NCBI GenBank assembly: GCA_942493095.1
Contig: OW818675.1
Span: 3,120,001 to 3,152,000 of the forward strand
Reading direction: 5' to 3'
From: Candidatus Electronema halotolerans
Lineage (GTDB): Bacteria > Desulfobacterota > Desulfobulbia > Desulfobulbales > Desulfobulbaceae
Length of the DNA: 32,000 nt
The notes beneath the pieces are model-generated. The model was not told where the DNA came from. It did not search any database and saw nothing but the letters and a program-made list of their open reading frames with translations. This document shows positions 17,947 to 26,300 of the stretch, piece after piece (within the stretch, counting starts at the first letter, position 1; each line of letters begins with the position of its first letter). A program made the translations under genes and the position numbers.

Positions 17947-19050
17947 ATGAAAATTAAATTGTTGTCGCAGGCGGCGATGCTGCTGCTCTTGTCAGTAGCA
18001 ACAGCCGCCCATGCCGGAGGCAAAAAATACACCTGCGATGACTGCTCTGATGAATGTCTGCAAAATCCATATTCTAAGGGCTGCCCGGATATCTGCAAAT
18101 CTCCTGACTGCCGGACGAACTGCGACGACTGCACACCGGAGTGCCGCAGCAATCCCTACACGCCGGGCTGCCCGGATGTCTGCAAAAATGTTGAATGTCA
18201 GACTTGCAGCGACTGCTCGGATGAGTGCAAGAAGCATCCTGACGGCGCAGGCTGTCCTGACATCTGCAAGGATATCAGATGCTACAGCTGCGACGACTGT
18301 TCGGCGGAGTGCCTCCTCCATCCTGACGGGCCGGACTGTCCGCCAGCCTGCGGTGATCTGGACTGCAATATCTGCGACAAATATCCCTCAAACTGTCCTG
18401 CGGACTGCCGGGACGATGCGGCCAAGCCGGAAAACTGCCCGGATGAGTGCAAGGATGTTCCTGATCAATGCCTTCCTGAGCTTCCTGAAGAACCGCCAAA
18501 ACCTGTTGTCACCTGTGATGACTGCCCGGTGGAGTGCAAGGACAATCCTGAAAGCTGCCCGCAGGAATGCCAGACGCTGGACTGCTGGCCCGAAGAACCC
18601 AAAGTCGAATCCAAGCTCCGCTTCATCGGCGATCTTGGTTATTACAAGCAAACTGATCCGGCAGACTACGCCTTTGGCCGCGTCGGTGTTGAATATCCGC
18701 TTACAGAACGATTCTCCGTGCTGGGCATGGTCGGCGTGGCCGGTCAGGTCAAAGGGGATGACGGCGACGACGCGCTGATGCTGGATGTCATTGCCCAGTG
18801 CAACTGGAAGGCGGGCGATGTGAACGGCTTTGCCGGACTCGGTCTGGGCGGTTGGATCACCTCTGGTGATGTTGATGATGATTCCGGCGACACAGACATC
18901 GATATCATCGCCAATGTCGGCGCACGGGTCTATGGTGATCCAAAAGCCTTCAACGCCTCTGTCTTTTTGGAAATGCGGAGCGCAGTGGATGAATTCGACG
19001 GGCTGGCTGAGTACGGACGCTTTGGCGCAGGAGTCCGCTTCCAGTTCTGA
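17947..19050 (+). CDS. Secreted Cys-rich tandem-repeat protein with C-terminal outer-membrane beta-barrel-like domain
   Basis: AAGGAG SD at 17936-17941; signal peptide MKIKLLSQAAMLLLLSVATAAHA; six CxxCxxxC-type units; amphipathic strands ending in aromatic RFGAGVRFQF. Confidence 0.85.
   Translation: MKIKLLSQAAMLLLLSVATAAHAGGKKYTCDDCSDECLQNPYSKGCPDICKSPDCRTNCDDCTPECRSNPYTPGCPDVCKNVECQTCSDCSDECKKHPDGAGCPDICKDIRCYSCDDCSAECLLHPDGPDCPPACGDLDCNICDKYPSNCPADCRDDAAKPENCPDECKDVPDQCLPELPEEPPKPVVTCDDCPVECKDNPESCPQECQTLDCWPEEPKVESKLRFIGDLGYYKQTDPADYAFGRVGVEYPLTERFSVLGMVGVAGQVKGDDGDDALMLDVIAQCNWKAGDVNGFAGLGLGGWITSGDVDDDSGDTDIDIIANVGARVYGDPKAFNASVFLEMRSAVDEFDGLAEYGRFGAGVRFQF
18034..18585 (+). repeat. Degenerate tandem repeat encoding six Cys6 units; units 2-4 have a strict 28-aa (84-bp) period
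   Basis: CDDCSDECLQNPYSKGCPDICKSPDC / CDDCTPECRSNPYTPGCPDVCKNVEC / CSDCSDECKKHPDGAGCPDICKDIRC / CDDCSAECLLHPDGPDCPPACGDLDC / CDKYPSNCPADC..CPDECKDVPDQC / CDDCPVECKDNPESCPQECQTLDC. Confidence 0.93.
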
Positions 19051-19082
19051 TAAAAAAAACAGCAGGCTGCCTCTTTTGAGAA

Positions 19083-19113
19083 AAGGCGCGGGAGCAATCC
19101 TGCGCCTTTTTTT
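19083..19113 (+). terminator. Rho-independent terminator after the Cys-rich gene
   Basis: AAGGCGCGGG-agcaat-CCTGCGCCTT followed by a T run, one mismatch in the stem. Confidence 0.8.
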
Positions 19114-19413
19114 ATGCCGAGCTGGCGGCGGCCCTGTTCTCTTTTTTTCACGATTCCGATTCGGACGCATTTTTTTCTTGAAAAGCGGTCAATGACATAA
19201 TATAACTGCGCGGCAGATAAACTTGTCCGAAACGGCGGCAAGTTGCGGACAAGGCGGCAGCAGGAGCGGTGTGTTTTCCCAAGGCGGAAATTTAACATAA
19301 TGTTATTTAAAATCCCTCTGTTGAGTGCTTATTGACTTGGCAATGCCGAGGGGCCACTGACGGCGCAAGCAATTTAACATATTAATTTTTCATACAAACT
19401 AAGGAGAGGAAGC

Positions 19414-20340
19414 ATGTACATGTATCTGCCTGTCGCTCTCACCAGCGTGAATTTTCTGCTGGTGACTGCGCTTGGACTCACGGTCGGCCTGCTGTCCGGC
19501 CTCTTCGGCGTGGGGGGCGGCTTTCTCATGACCCCACTGCTGATGATGATCGGCATTCCGCCGACCATTGCCGCAGGAACGGATGCGAACCAGATTGTGG
19601 CCGCCTCCACCTCCGGCATGTACACCCACTGGCGGCTGGGCAATGTTGACTACAAGATGGGCCTGTTCCTGCTCCTGGGCGGCTTTTTGGGCGGCTTGGG
19701 CGGCGTGCAGCTCATCAAGGTGCTCCGCGCCACAGGCGGGGCTGATTTCCTGATCAAGATCACTTATGTGGTCATGCTGGGCATAGTCGGCTCCTTCATG
19801 TTTGTTGAGAGCCTGATGGCCATGAAAAAGGCCAAAAGCGGCGCAGTCAAGGCTGAGGCGGCCAAGGAGGGGGAAAAGAAAAAAGGACTGTTCGCCAAGC
19901 TGCCTCTCCAAATTCACTTTGAAAAGTCAGGAGTTTCCTTTTCCGCATTTGTTCCCTTTGGTCTGGGACTTTTTGTCGGTGTGCTGGCCGCGATCATGGG
20001 AGTGGGCGGCGGCTTTCTGATGGTGCCGGTGATGATCTACATGCTCAGGATGCCCATGCACGTGGTGGTCGGCACCAGCCTGTTTCAGATTCTCTTCACC
20101 TGCATTGAAGTCACCTTTCTCCAAGCCTATTACAACCGGACGGTTGATTTCCTGCTGGCCCTGCTTCTGCTCGTGGGTTCAGTCTTTGGCGCGCAGATCG
20201 GCACCATTCTGGGCCGCAAGCTGCACGGTGATCAGCTCAAGATATTGCTCTCCATCATTGTCTTGGTCGTGACCGTGAAATTAGTTTTTGACCTTGTTCT
20301 CCAGCCTGCCAATCTTCTTTCTTACGCCGGAGGACACTGA
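19414..20340 (+). CDS. TauE/SafE (TSUP) family sulfite exporter-like permease
   Basis: LTVGLLSGLFGVGGGFLMTPLLMMIGIPPTIAAGTDANQI and VGVLAAIMGVGGGFLMVPVMIYMLRMPMHVVVGTSLFQI paired motifs. Confidence 0.93.
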   Translation: MYMYLPVALTSVNFLLVTALGLTVGLLSGLFGVGGGFLMTPLLMMIGIPPTIAAGTDANQIVAASTSGMYTHWRLGNVDYKMGLFLLLGGFLGGLGGVQLIKVLRATGGADFLIKITYVVMLGIVGSFMFVESLMAMKKAKSGAVKAEAAKEGEKKKGLFAKLPLQIHFEKSGVSFSAFVPFGLGLFVGVLAAIMGVGGGFLMVPVMIYMLRMPMHVVVGTSLFQILFTCIEVTFLQAYYNRTVDFLLALLLLVGSVFGAQIGTILGRKLHGDQLKILLSIIVLVVTVKLVFDLVLQPANLLSYAGGH

Positions 20341-20341
20341 C

Positions 20342-21112
20342 ATGAAAATGATGCACGCACTCATCCCAGCCTGCGCGGCACTGTTTCTTGTCGTCTTTTT
20401 CGCCCGGCCAAGCGCGGCAGTGACCACGCAGGCCTCACCTGCCAGCATAGATATCAGCCTGTTTTATCACGGCATGCCGGTTGAGATCAGCGGCAAGGGC
20501 AATCCCGGCGATGATGTCATCATCCAAGTCACTGCTGCCCCGGCAGAAATGCACCTGAAGTACAAGGGCAAGGCGGCGGGCCTCTTCTGGATGAAGCTCG
20601 GCACCCTGATCTTTGAACATCTGCCTGGAACCTATCTTGCAGCCACGTCCGGCCCTGTGGACAAGGTGCTGACTCCAACTGCTCAGGATGCGGAGGGCGC
20701 AGGATTCAAAGCTCTTCAGAAGCGGGCCGTGATCAAAGCGGAAGAAGGCAAGGAGATGCCTGCGGGCGACTGGTTTCAGGAGTTCATCGACTTCAAGCAG
20801 CAGGAAAAGCTCTATGCCTTTGAGGAGGGCGGGGTCAAGGTTGAGGCCGACGGCAGCTACCACTACACCCTGAACTGGCCTTTCCAAGCCCCTCCGGGCA
20901 CCTACACAGTGGAGACGATCACGGCCAGAAATGGCCAAGTGACTGACCGCTCTGCAACTCAAATCACCGTGCAGATGACCGGCGTGGTTGCCAAGCTGGA
21001 GAAGATGGCCTCTGACAACCGGGCTGTGTATGGTATCCTTGCCATTTTGGTGGCCCTTGCCGCCGGTTTCGGGGTCGGCATGATCTTCAAGAAGGGCGGC
21101 GGCGCGCACTGA
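20342..21112 (+). CDS. TIGR02186-like protein: secreted, C-terminal TM anchor
   Basis: Immediately downstream of TauE/SafE; signal peptide, SIDISLFYHGMPVEISGKGNPGDDVIIQVTA, HLKYKGKAAGLFWMKLGTLIFEHLPGTYL, C-terminal TM. Confidence 0.85.
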   Translation: MKMMHALIPACAALFLVVFFARPSAAVTTQASPASIDISLFYHGMPVEISGKGNPGDDVIIQVTAAPAEMHLKYKGKAAGLFWMKLGTLIFEHLPGTYLAATSGPVDKVLTPTAQDAEGAGFKALQKRAVIKAEEGKEMPAGDWFQEFIDFKQQEKLYAFEEGGVKVEADGSYHYTLNWPFQAPPGTYTVETITARNGQVTDRSATQITVQMTGVVAKLEKMASDNRAVYGILAILVALAAGFGVGMIFKKGGGAH

Positions 21113-21135
21113 GCAACTCTGCGCATATTGCCCTG

Positions 21136-21173
21136 AAAAAACGCGCCTGCCGACAGCAGGCGCGTTTTTTTTT
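21136..21173 (+). terminator. Strong rho-independent terminator
   Basis: AAAAAACGCGCCTGC-cgaca-GCAGGCGCGTTTTTT, perfect 15-nt arms followed by further T's. Confidence 0.93.
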
Positions 21174-21337
21174 CTGCTGAATCGGCTGGACAGTGCTTAC
21201 AGGCTGTTGAATCACCCGCAGATGGAAATCTGCCTTCATCGCCCTCGCCCGCCGCACCAGACTGTGGACTTTTCCCCTGTTTTGCGCTTAAATACCGCCT
21301 GCTGAATTTACGATCAACTTTCATCGACAGGAACACC

Positions 21338-22780
21338 ATGAATCGCGATATTTATCAGGAGCCTTTGGTCAGCCGCTACACCAGCCAATCAATGCAGGAG
21401 CTGTTCTCGGAACGTTTCAAGTTCAGCACGTGGCGTAAGTGCTGGATTGCCTTGGCTGAGGCGCAGCAGGAGCTGGGCTTGGCAATGGTCAGCCAGGAAA
21501 TGGTCGATGAGCTGAAGGCTCATGCTGAGGACATCGACTTTGCGGCGGCAGCGGCCAAAGAAAAGGAAATCCGCCATGATGTCATGGCCCATGTTTACGC
21601 CTACGGCCTGCAATGCCCCAAGGCGGAGGCGATTATTCATCTTGGCGCAACCTCGCAGTTTGTGGTCTGCAACACGGATTTGATTATTCAGAGACGCGCC
21701 TTGCGGCTGATCAAGAAAGCCTTGGTCAACGTCATTGCCAACTTGGCCGCCTTCTGCCGCACGTACAAGGACATGGCAACGCTCGGCTTCACCCATTATC
21801 AGCCTGCCCAGCCGACCACGGTCGGCAAGCGCAACACCCTGTATATCCAAGACCTGCTCATGGATTTGGACTATGTGGAGCTGCTGGAGCAGCAGGTCAA
21901 GGCGCGGGGCGCAAAAGGCACGGTCGGCACCCAGGCCACCTTTCTGGAGCTGTTTCAAGGTGATCACGCCAAAGTGCGCGAGCTGGACCGGCTGGTGGCG
22001 GCCAAGCTCGGCTTTGCCCAAGTTTTCCCGGTCACAGGTCAGACCTATCCGCGCAAATTGGACATGAAAACTGCCGAGACCTTGGCAGGAATCGGGGCCT
22101 CAGCACACAAGTTTGCTGTTGATCTGCGCCTGCTCTCCAACCTCAAGGTGCAGGAGGAGCCATTTGAGCAGAAGCAGGTCGGCAGCTCGGCTATGGCCTA
22201 CAAGCGCAACCCGATGCGCTCCGAGCGGATGACCGGTCTGGCCCGCAAGCTGATGGGCCTGCCTGCCAACTTTGCCGCCACTGCCGCCAATCAGTGGTTT
22301 GAGCGGACGCTGGACGACTCAGCCATCCGCCGCATGGACATGGCCCAAGCCTTTCTGCTCACAGATGCGATTCTCAAACTGTACGTCAACATCACCAGCG
22401 GCATGGTGGTCTATCCCAAGCAGATTGAGCGGCATCTGCGGGCCGAGCTGCCCTTCATGGCAACGGAAAAAATCCTCATGGCCTGCGTCGGTCTGGGCGA
22501 AAGCCGCCAGGAAATGCACGAGGTCATCCGCGAGCATTCAGTGGCCGCCGGTCTGGCGGTCAAGGAGGAAGGCTTGGACAACGACCTGCTCGTCCGCTTG
22601 GCCAAAGATCAGCGCATTCCTTATTCAATTGACGAGCTGGAGGAGCTGATCGGCAATCATCAGGAATTTGCTGGCCGCGCTCCGCAGCAGACCGAGGAAT
22701 TCCTTGATGAGGCAGTTGCGCCGGTGCTGACGAAATATCAGGATTTGCTTGGCGGGGTGGATGCCTCGCTCAAGGTTTGA
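21338..22780 (+). CDS. purB: Adenylosuccinate lyase
   Basis: RHDVMAHVYAYG, HLGATSQFVVCNTDLI, GTQATFLELFQGDHAKV, KQVGSSAMAYKRNPMRSERMTGLARKLM signature. Confidence 0.96.
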   Translation: MNRDIYQEPLVSRYTSQSMQELFSERFKFSTWRKCWIALAEAQQELGLAMVSQEMVDELKAHAEDIDFAAAAAKEKEIRHDVMAHVYAYGLQCPKAEAIIHLGATSQFVVCNTDLIIQRRALRLIKKALVNVIANLAAFCRTYKDMATLGFTHYQPAQPTTVGKRNTLYIQDLLMDLDYVELLEQQVKARGAKGTVGTQATFLELFQGDHAKVRELDRLVAAKLGFAQVFPVTGQTYPRKLDMKTAETLAGIGASAHKFAVDLRLLSNLKVQEEPFEQKQVGSSAMAYKRNPMRSERMTGLARKLMGLPANFAATAANQWFERTLDDSAIRRMDMAQAFLLTDAILKLYVNITSGMVVYPKQIERHLRAELPFMATEKILMACVGLGESRQEMHEVIREHSVAAGLAVKEEGLDNDLLVRLAKDQRIPYSIDELEELIGNHQEFAGRAPQQTEEFLDEAVAPVLTKYQDLLGGVDASLKV

Positions 22781-22786
22781 ACCGCT

Positions 22787-23014
22787 GTGCGCACCTTGTA
22801 TCTCCGCATCCGGCCTGACCGGATCAGCCTGCTGCGGTTTCTGCTGGAGGGCTACGAGGGCTTGGCCGTGCTCTCGACTGTGGATATGCGGATAGGCTTG
22901 GTCAAGCTGCTTGTGCCTGCTTCGCGGCAGGCCGAATTATGGGGTCTGCTGACGGCGATCTGTGAAGAATTGGTGCAGGACGAAGATAAGCTTGTTGCAA
23001 CCTATCGAGAATGA
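22787..23014 (+). CDS. DUF4911-like small protein
   Basis: GTG start 6 nt after purB; MRTLYLRIRPDRISLLRFLLEGYEGLAVLSTVD; stop overlaps the next ATG. Confidence 0.75.
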   Translation: MRTLYLRIRPDRISLLRFLLEGYEGLAVLSTVDMRIGLVKLLVPASRQAELWGLLTAICEELVQDEDKLVATYRE

Positions 23015-23343
23015 GCATGAAAAAACTGATTGAATTTGAGCTGGATGGCCAGCCGGTCTATGTTGAGGCGGAGGTGTCCGAGGCGGAAGGAATGCGCCGG
23101 GTGAGCCGAGGCGGCGGCGATGAGCCGGAAAGGGCTGAGTCCCGCTTTGTTGAGGCCGTGGCCCGGATCAAGCCTGCCGCTGAGGCAGTGCTGAACGCCT
23201 TCCGGGAGATGAACACCCCGGATGAGATCGCGCTGGAATTCGGCCTGAACTTTTCCGCCAAAGCGGGCGTGGTCTTTGCCGCGACCGACAGCTCGGCCAC
23301 CTTCAAAGTTTCGCTGAAATGGAAGAACGAGCGGCAGTCCTGA
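23011..23343 (+). CDS. Trypsin-co-occurring domain 1 (Trypco1/CU044_2847)-like protein
   Basis: LIEFELDGQPVYVEAEV ... EIALEFGLNFSAKAGVVFAATDSSATFKVSLKWK; ATGA overlap with the upstream gene, 7 nt before the protease-STAND gene. Confidence 0.8.
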   Translation: MSMKKLIEFELDGQPVYVEAEVSEAEGMRRVSRGGGDEPERAESRFVEAVARIKPAAEAVLNAFREMNTPDEIALEFGLNFSAKAGVVFAATDSSATFKVSLKWKNERQS

Positions 23344-23350
23344 TGCGGCC

Positions 23351-26300
23351 ATGCGTTCCCTCTCCTTAGATTCCGCCCTTGTCCGCATCCTGATTGACGA
23401 CCGCAGCCCGCGTGAATCTAAAGGTGCGGGCTTTCTCGTCACGCCGCAGCATGTCATCACCTGCGCCCATGTAGTGAATGATGCTCTTGGCCTCCCGCAG
23501 CGTGCTGTAGAGCAGCCTGATCTTCCGCTTCTTTTTGATTTCCCTCTGCTGGCCGGACAGCCTTTCGTTCAAGCCAAAATTCTGCGCTGGTTTCCGGTGC
23601 AGGAGGATTCTGCCATCGGCGAGCTGGAGGACATTGCGGTGCTGGAGTTGCTGCCGGACAGCCCTTTGCCTGCCGGAGCGCAGCCTGCACCGCTGGTTGT
23701 GCCTGACGAAAAGGAGCACGTCTTTTTTGCGTGGAAAGTGCGCATGTTCGGCTTTCCGTCCTTTGCCCCGGACGGCACCTGGGCCAATGGCGTTTTGCAG
23801 GGGTTGACAGGCAAAGGCTGGGCAGAAATCCATCATGCGGACAGCGGCAGCGTTGCGCCGGGCTTCAGTGGCACAGCGGTTTGGTCAGTGCGAGAGAATG
23901 CGGTCTGCGGCATGACTGTGAGCAGTTTGAGCAGCGCAGCCTCGTACATGATTCCGGCTGCCGCGCTGATTCAAGCCTTTCCTGAGATGGACAGGTTCAG
24001 CCGCCCGGCCAATCCCTACCGAGGCATGGAAGCGTTCCGGGAAAAGGATGCCCGTTTCTACTTTGGCAGGGAGGCGGATGCGGACACGCTGAAAGAGAAA
24101 ATCGACACGCAGCCCTTTACTGCCGTTATTGGCGCGAGCGGCAGCGGCAAGTCTTCGCTCGTCTTTGCCGGACTGCTGCCCATGCTGCGACAGAGCGGCG
24201 ACTGGCTGATCTGTGCCTGCCGTCCCAAGCAGCAGCCTTTTCACGAGCTGGCCGCCTGTCTGATTCCCATGCTCTACGAGGACGAACTGGAGCGGATCAA
24301 GAAAAGCAGGCTCTGCGCTGCTGATCTGCGTTCCGGCGACATGCTGCTCTCTGACCTGCTCCGGCGGATTGCTGACCGAAACGACTGCCGCCGTCTGCTT
24401 CTGCTGGTTGATCAGTTTGAGGAACTCTACACCCTGAACACGGACAGAGCTGCGGCCCGCGCCTTTGTCAGCCTGCTGCTGGAGGCGAAGCAGGCCGAAG
24501 GTTTCAGGGCGGTCATCACCTTGCGGGCGGATTTTCTCGAAGCCGCGCTCGGTGATGCAGGCTTTGCCGAGACCCTGAACGCCTGCCCGCCGCTGCTCCT
24601 GTCGCCGATTGACAGCCACGGGCTGCGGCAGGCGGTGGAGCAGCCTGCAAAGCTGCTCGGCATCCGTTTTGAGGCTGGGTTAGTTGATCTGATTGTTACG
24701 GATGTGGGCAATGAGCCGGGCAGTCTGCCGCTGCTGGAATTTTGCTTAACCCAGCTCTGGGAGCAGCAGACCTTCCGGCAGATCAGTCATGCGGCCTACA
24801 AGGACAGCGGCGGAGTGCAGCAGGCTCTGGCCCGTCATGCTGAGGCGGTGTATGCCGGATTTGCGGCAACGGAGCAGGAATCTGTCCAGTTGATTTTCCT
24901 TAAGTTGGTGCGGCCTGGTCAAGGCACGGAGGACACCCGGCAGGTGGCGGCCTTGGCGGATTTTCAGGAAGAGCAGCGCGGACTGATCAAGCAGCTTGCT
25001 GATCAGCGGCTTTTGGTCACGTCCGGGGATAAGGCCGGGCAGCAGGTTGAGGTGGTGCATGAGGCTCTGATTCGGCATTGGCAGACCTTGCGCAAATGGG
25101 TGGATGCGGAGCGGGAGTTTCTTGTCTGGCAGGAGAAACTGCGGGTTTTGCTGCGGCAGTGGCAGGAAAGCGGCCATGATGAAGGAGCGTTGCTGCGTGG
25201 TTTGCCGTTGGATGAAGCGTTGCAGTGGCGGGGCAGTCATGCAGGGTATTTGGGAGAAGAGGAGCTGGGTTTTGTCAGGGAGAGTGAGGAGGCGCGGAAG
25301 AAGCAGCGGAGGCGGAAAGGCATTGCTGCTGCGGCAGGAATGCTGCTTGCTGCCGTGGTGATGGCGGTGTTTTTTGTGCTGTGGCAGGATGCGGAGCGGC
25401 AGAAGATTGTTGCTGATCAGGAAAGGCGACACGCTGTTGAGCAAAGAGGAATTGCTGAACAGCAGACGCTGGCATCCAATTACAATCTTGCCAAGGCGTT
25501 TGAGGAGAAGGCGTTGACTGCGTTGAAAACAGCCAATGGACAAGGCGATGTCGAATACAAAAAGGCAGTACTCTTTGCCTCGGCGACGCTAGCCCAAAAA
25601 ATTCCAGAGACTGCAACCGCGATGGAATCTCCCTACATAGGCAGCCTTTTCTCACTTGTAGTCTTCCATTCTGGGTTGGCGGAACTGGCCGTGCTCAGAG
25701 GGCATGAGAATTCTGTCAGCAGTGCGGCCTTCTCGCCGGACGGGGAAAAAATCGTTTCCGTTTCTGACGACCATACCGTGCGGATTTGGGATGCGGCAAG
25801 CGGCAAGCAAGTCGCTCTGCTCACAGGCCATGAGTATCCTGTCACCAGCGCAGCCTTCAGTCCTGATGGCAAAAAGATCGTTTCAGCTTCTGAAGACAAT
25901 ACCGTACGGATTTGGGATGTCGACAGCAGCAAAGAACTGGCTGTCCTCAAAGGTATTTCCTACATGTCTGGCTTCAGTCCTGATGGCAAAAAAATAGTTT
26001 CAGCCTCTTGGGATACTGTACGGATTTGGGATGTCGACAGCGGCAAAGAACTGGCTGTCCTCAAAGGACATGAGAGTAGTGTGAACAGCGTGGCCTTCAG
26101 TCCTGATGGCAAAAAGATCGTTTTAGCTCCTGAAGACAATACCGTACGGATTTGGGATGTCGACAGCAGCAAAGAACTGGCTGTCCTCAAGGGACATGAG
26201 AGTAGTGTGAACAGCGTGGCCTTCAGTCCTGACAACAGCAAAATAGTCTCCGCTTCCGACGACAATACGGTGCGGATTTGGGATGCAGCAAGCGGCCAGC

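Noticed and set aside
18034-18585. Possible CRISPR-like array because of regular 84-bp periodicity
   Set aside because: The periodicity is a degenerate in-frame protein repeat with no identical repeats and no spacers.
18388-19170. 260-aa minus-strand ORF opposite the Cys-rich barrel gene
   Set aside because: The plus strand has a signal peptide, SD, repeats and terminator; the antisense peptide has no coherent features.
17881-19380. Shared upstream elements TTGAC...GGCGC(GC)AAGCA before both the Cys-rich gene and the TauE/SafE gene
   Set aside because: Similarity is short and spacing differs (TTGAC at 17881 and 19332); insufficient to call a common riboswitch or operator without alignments.
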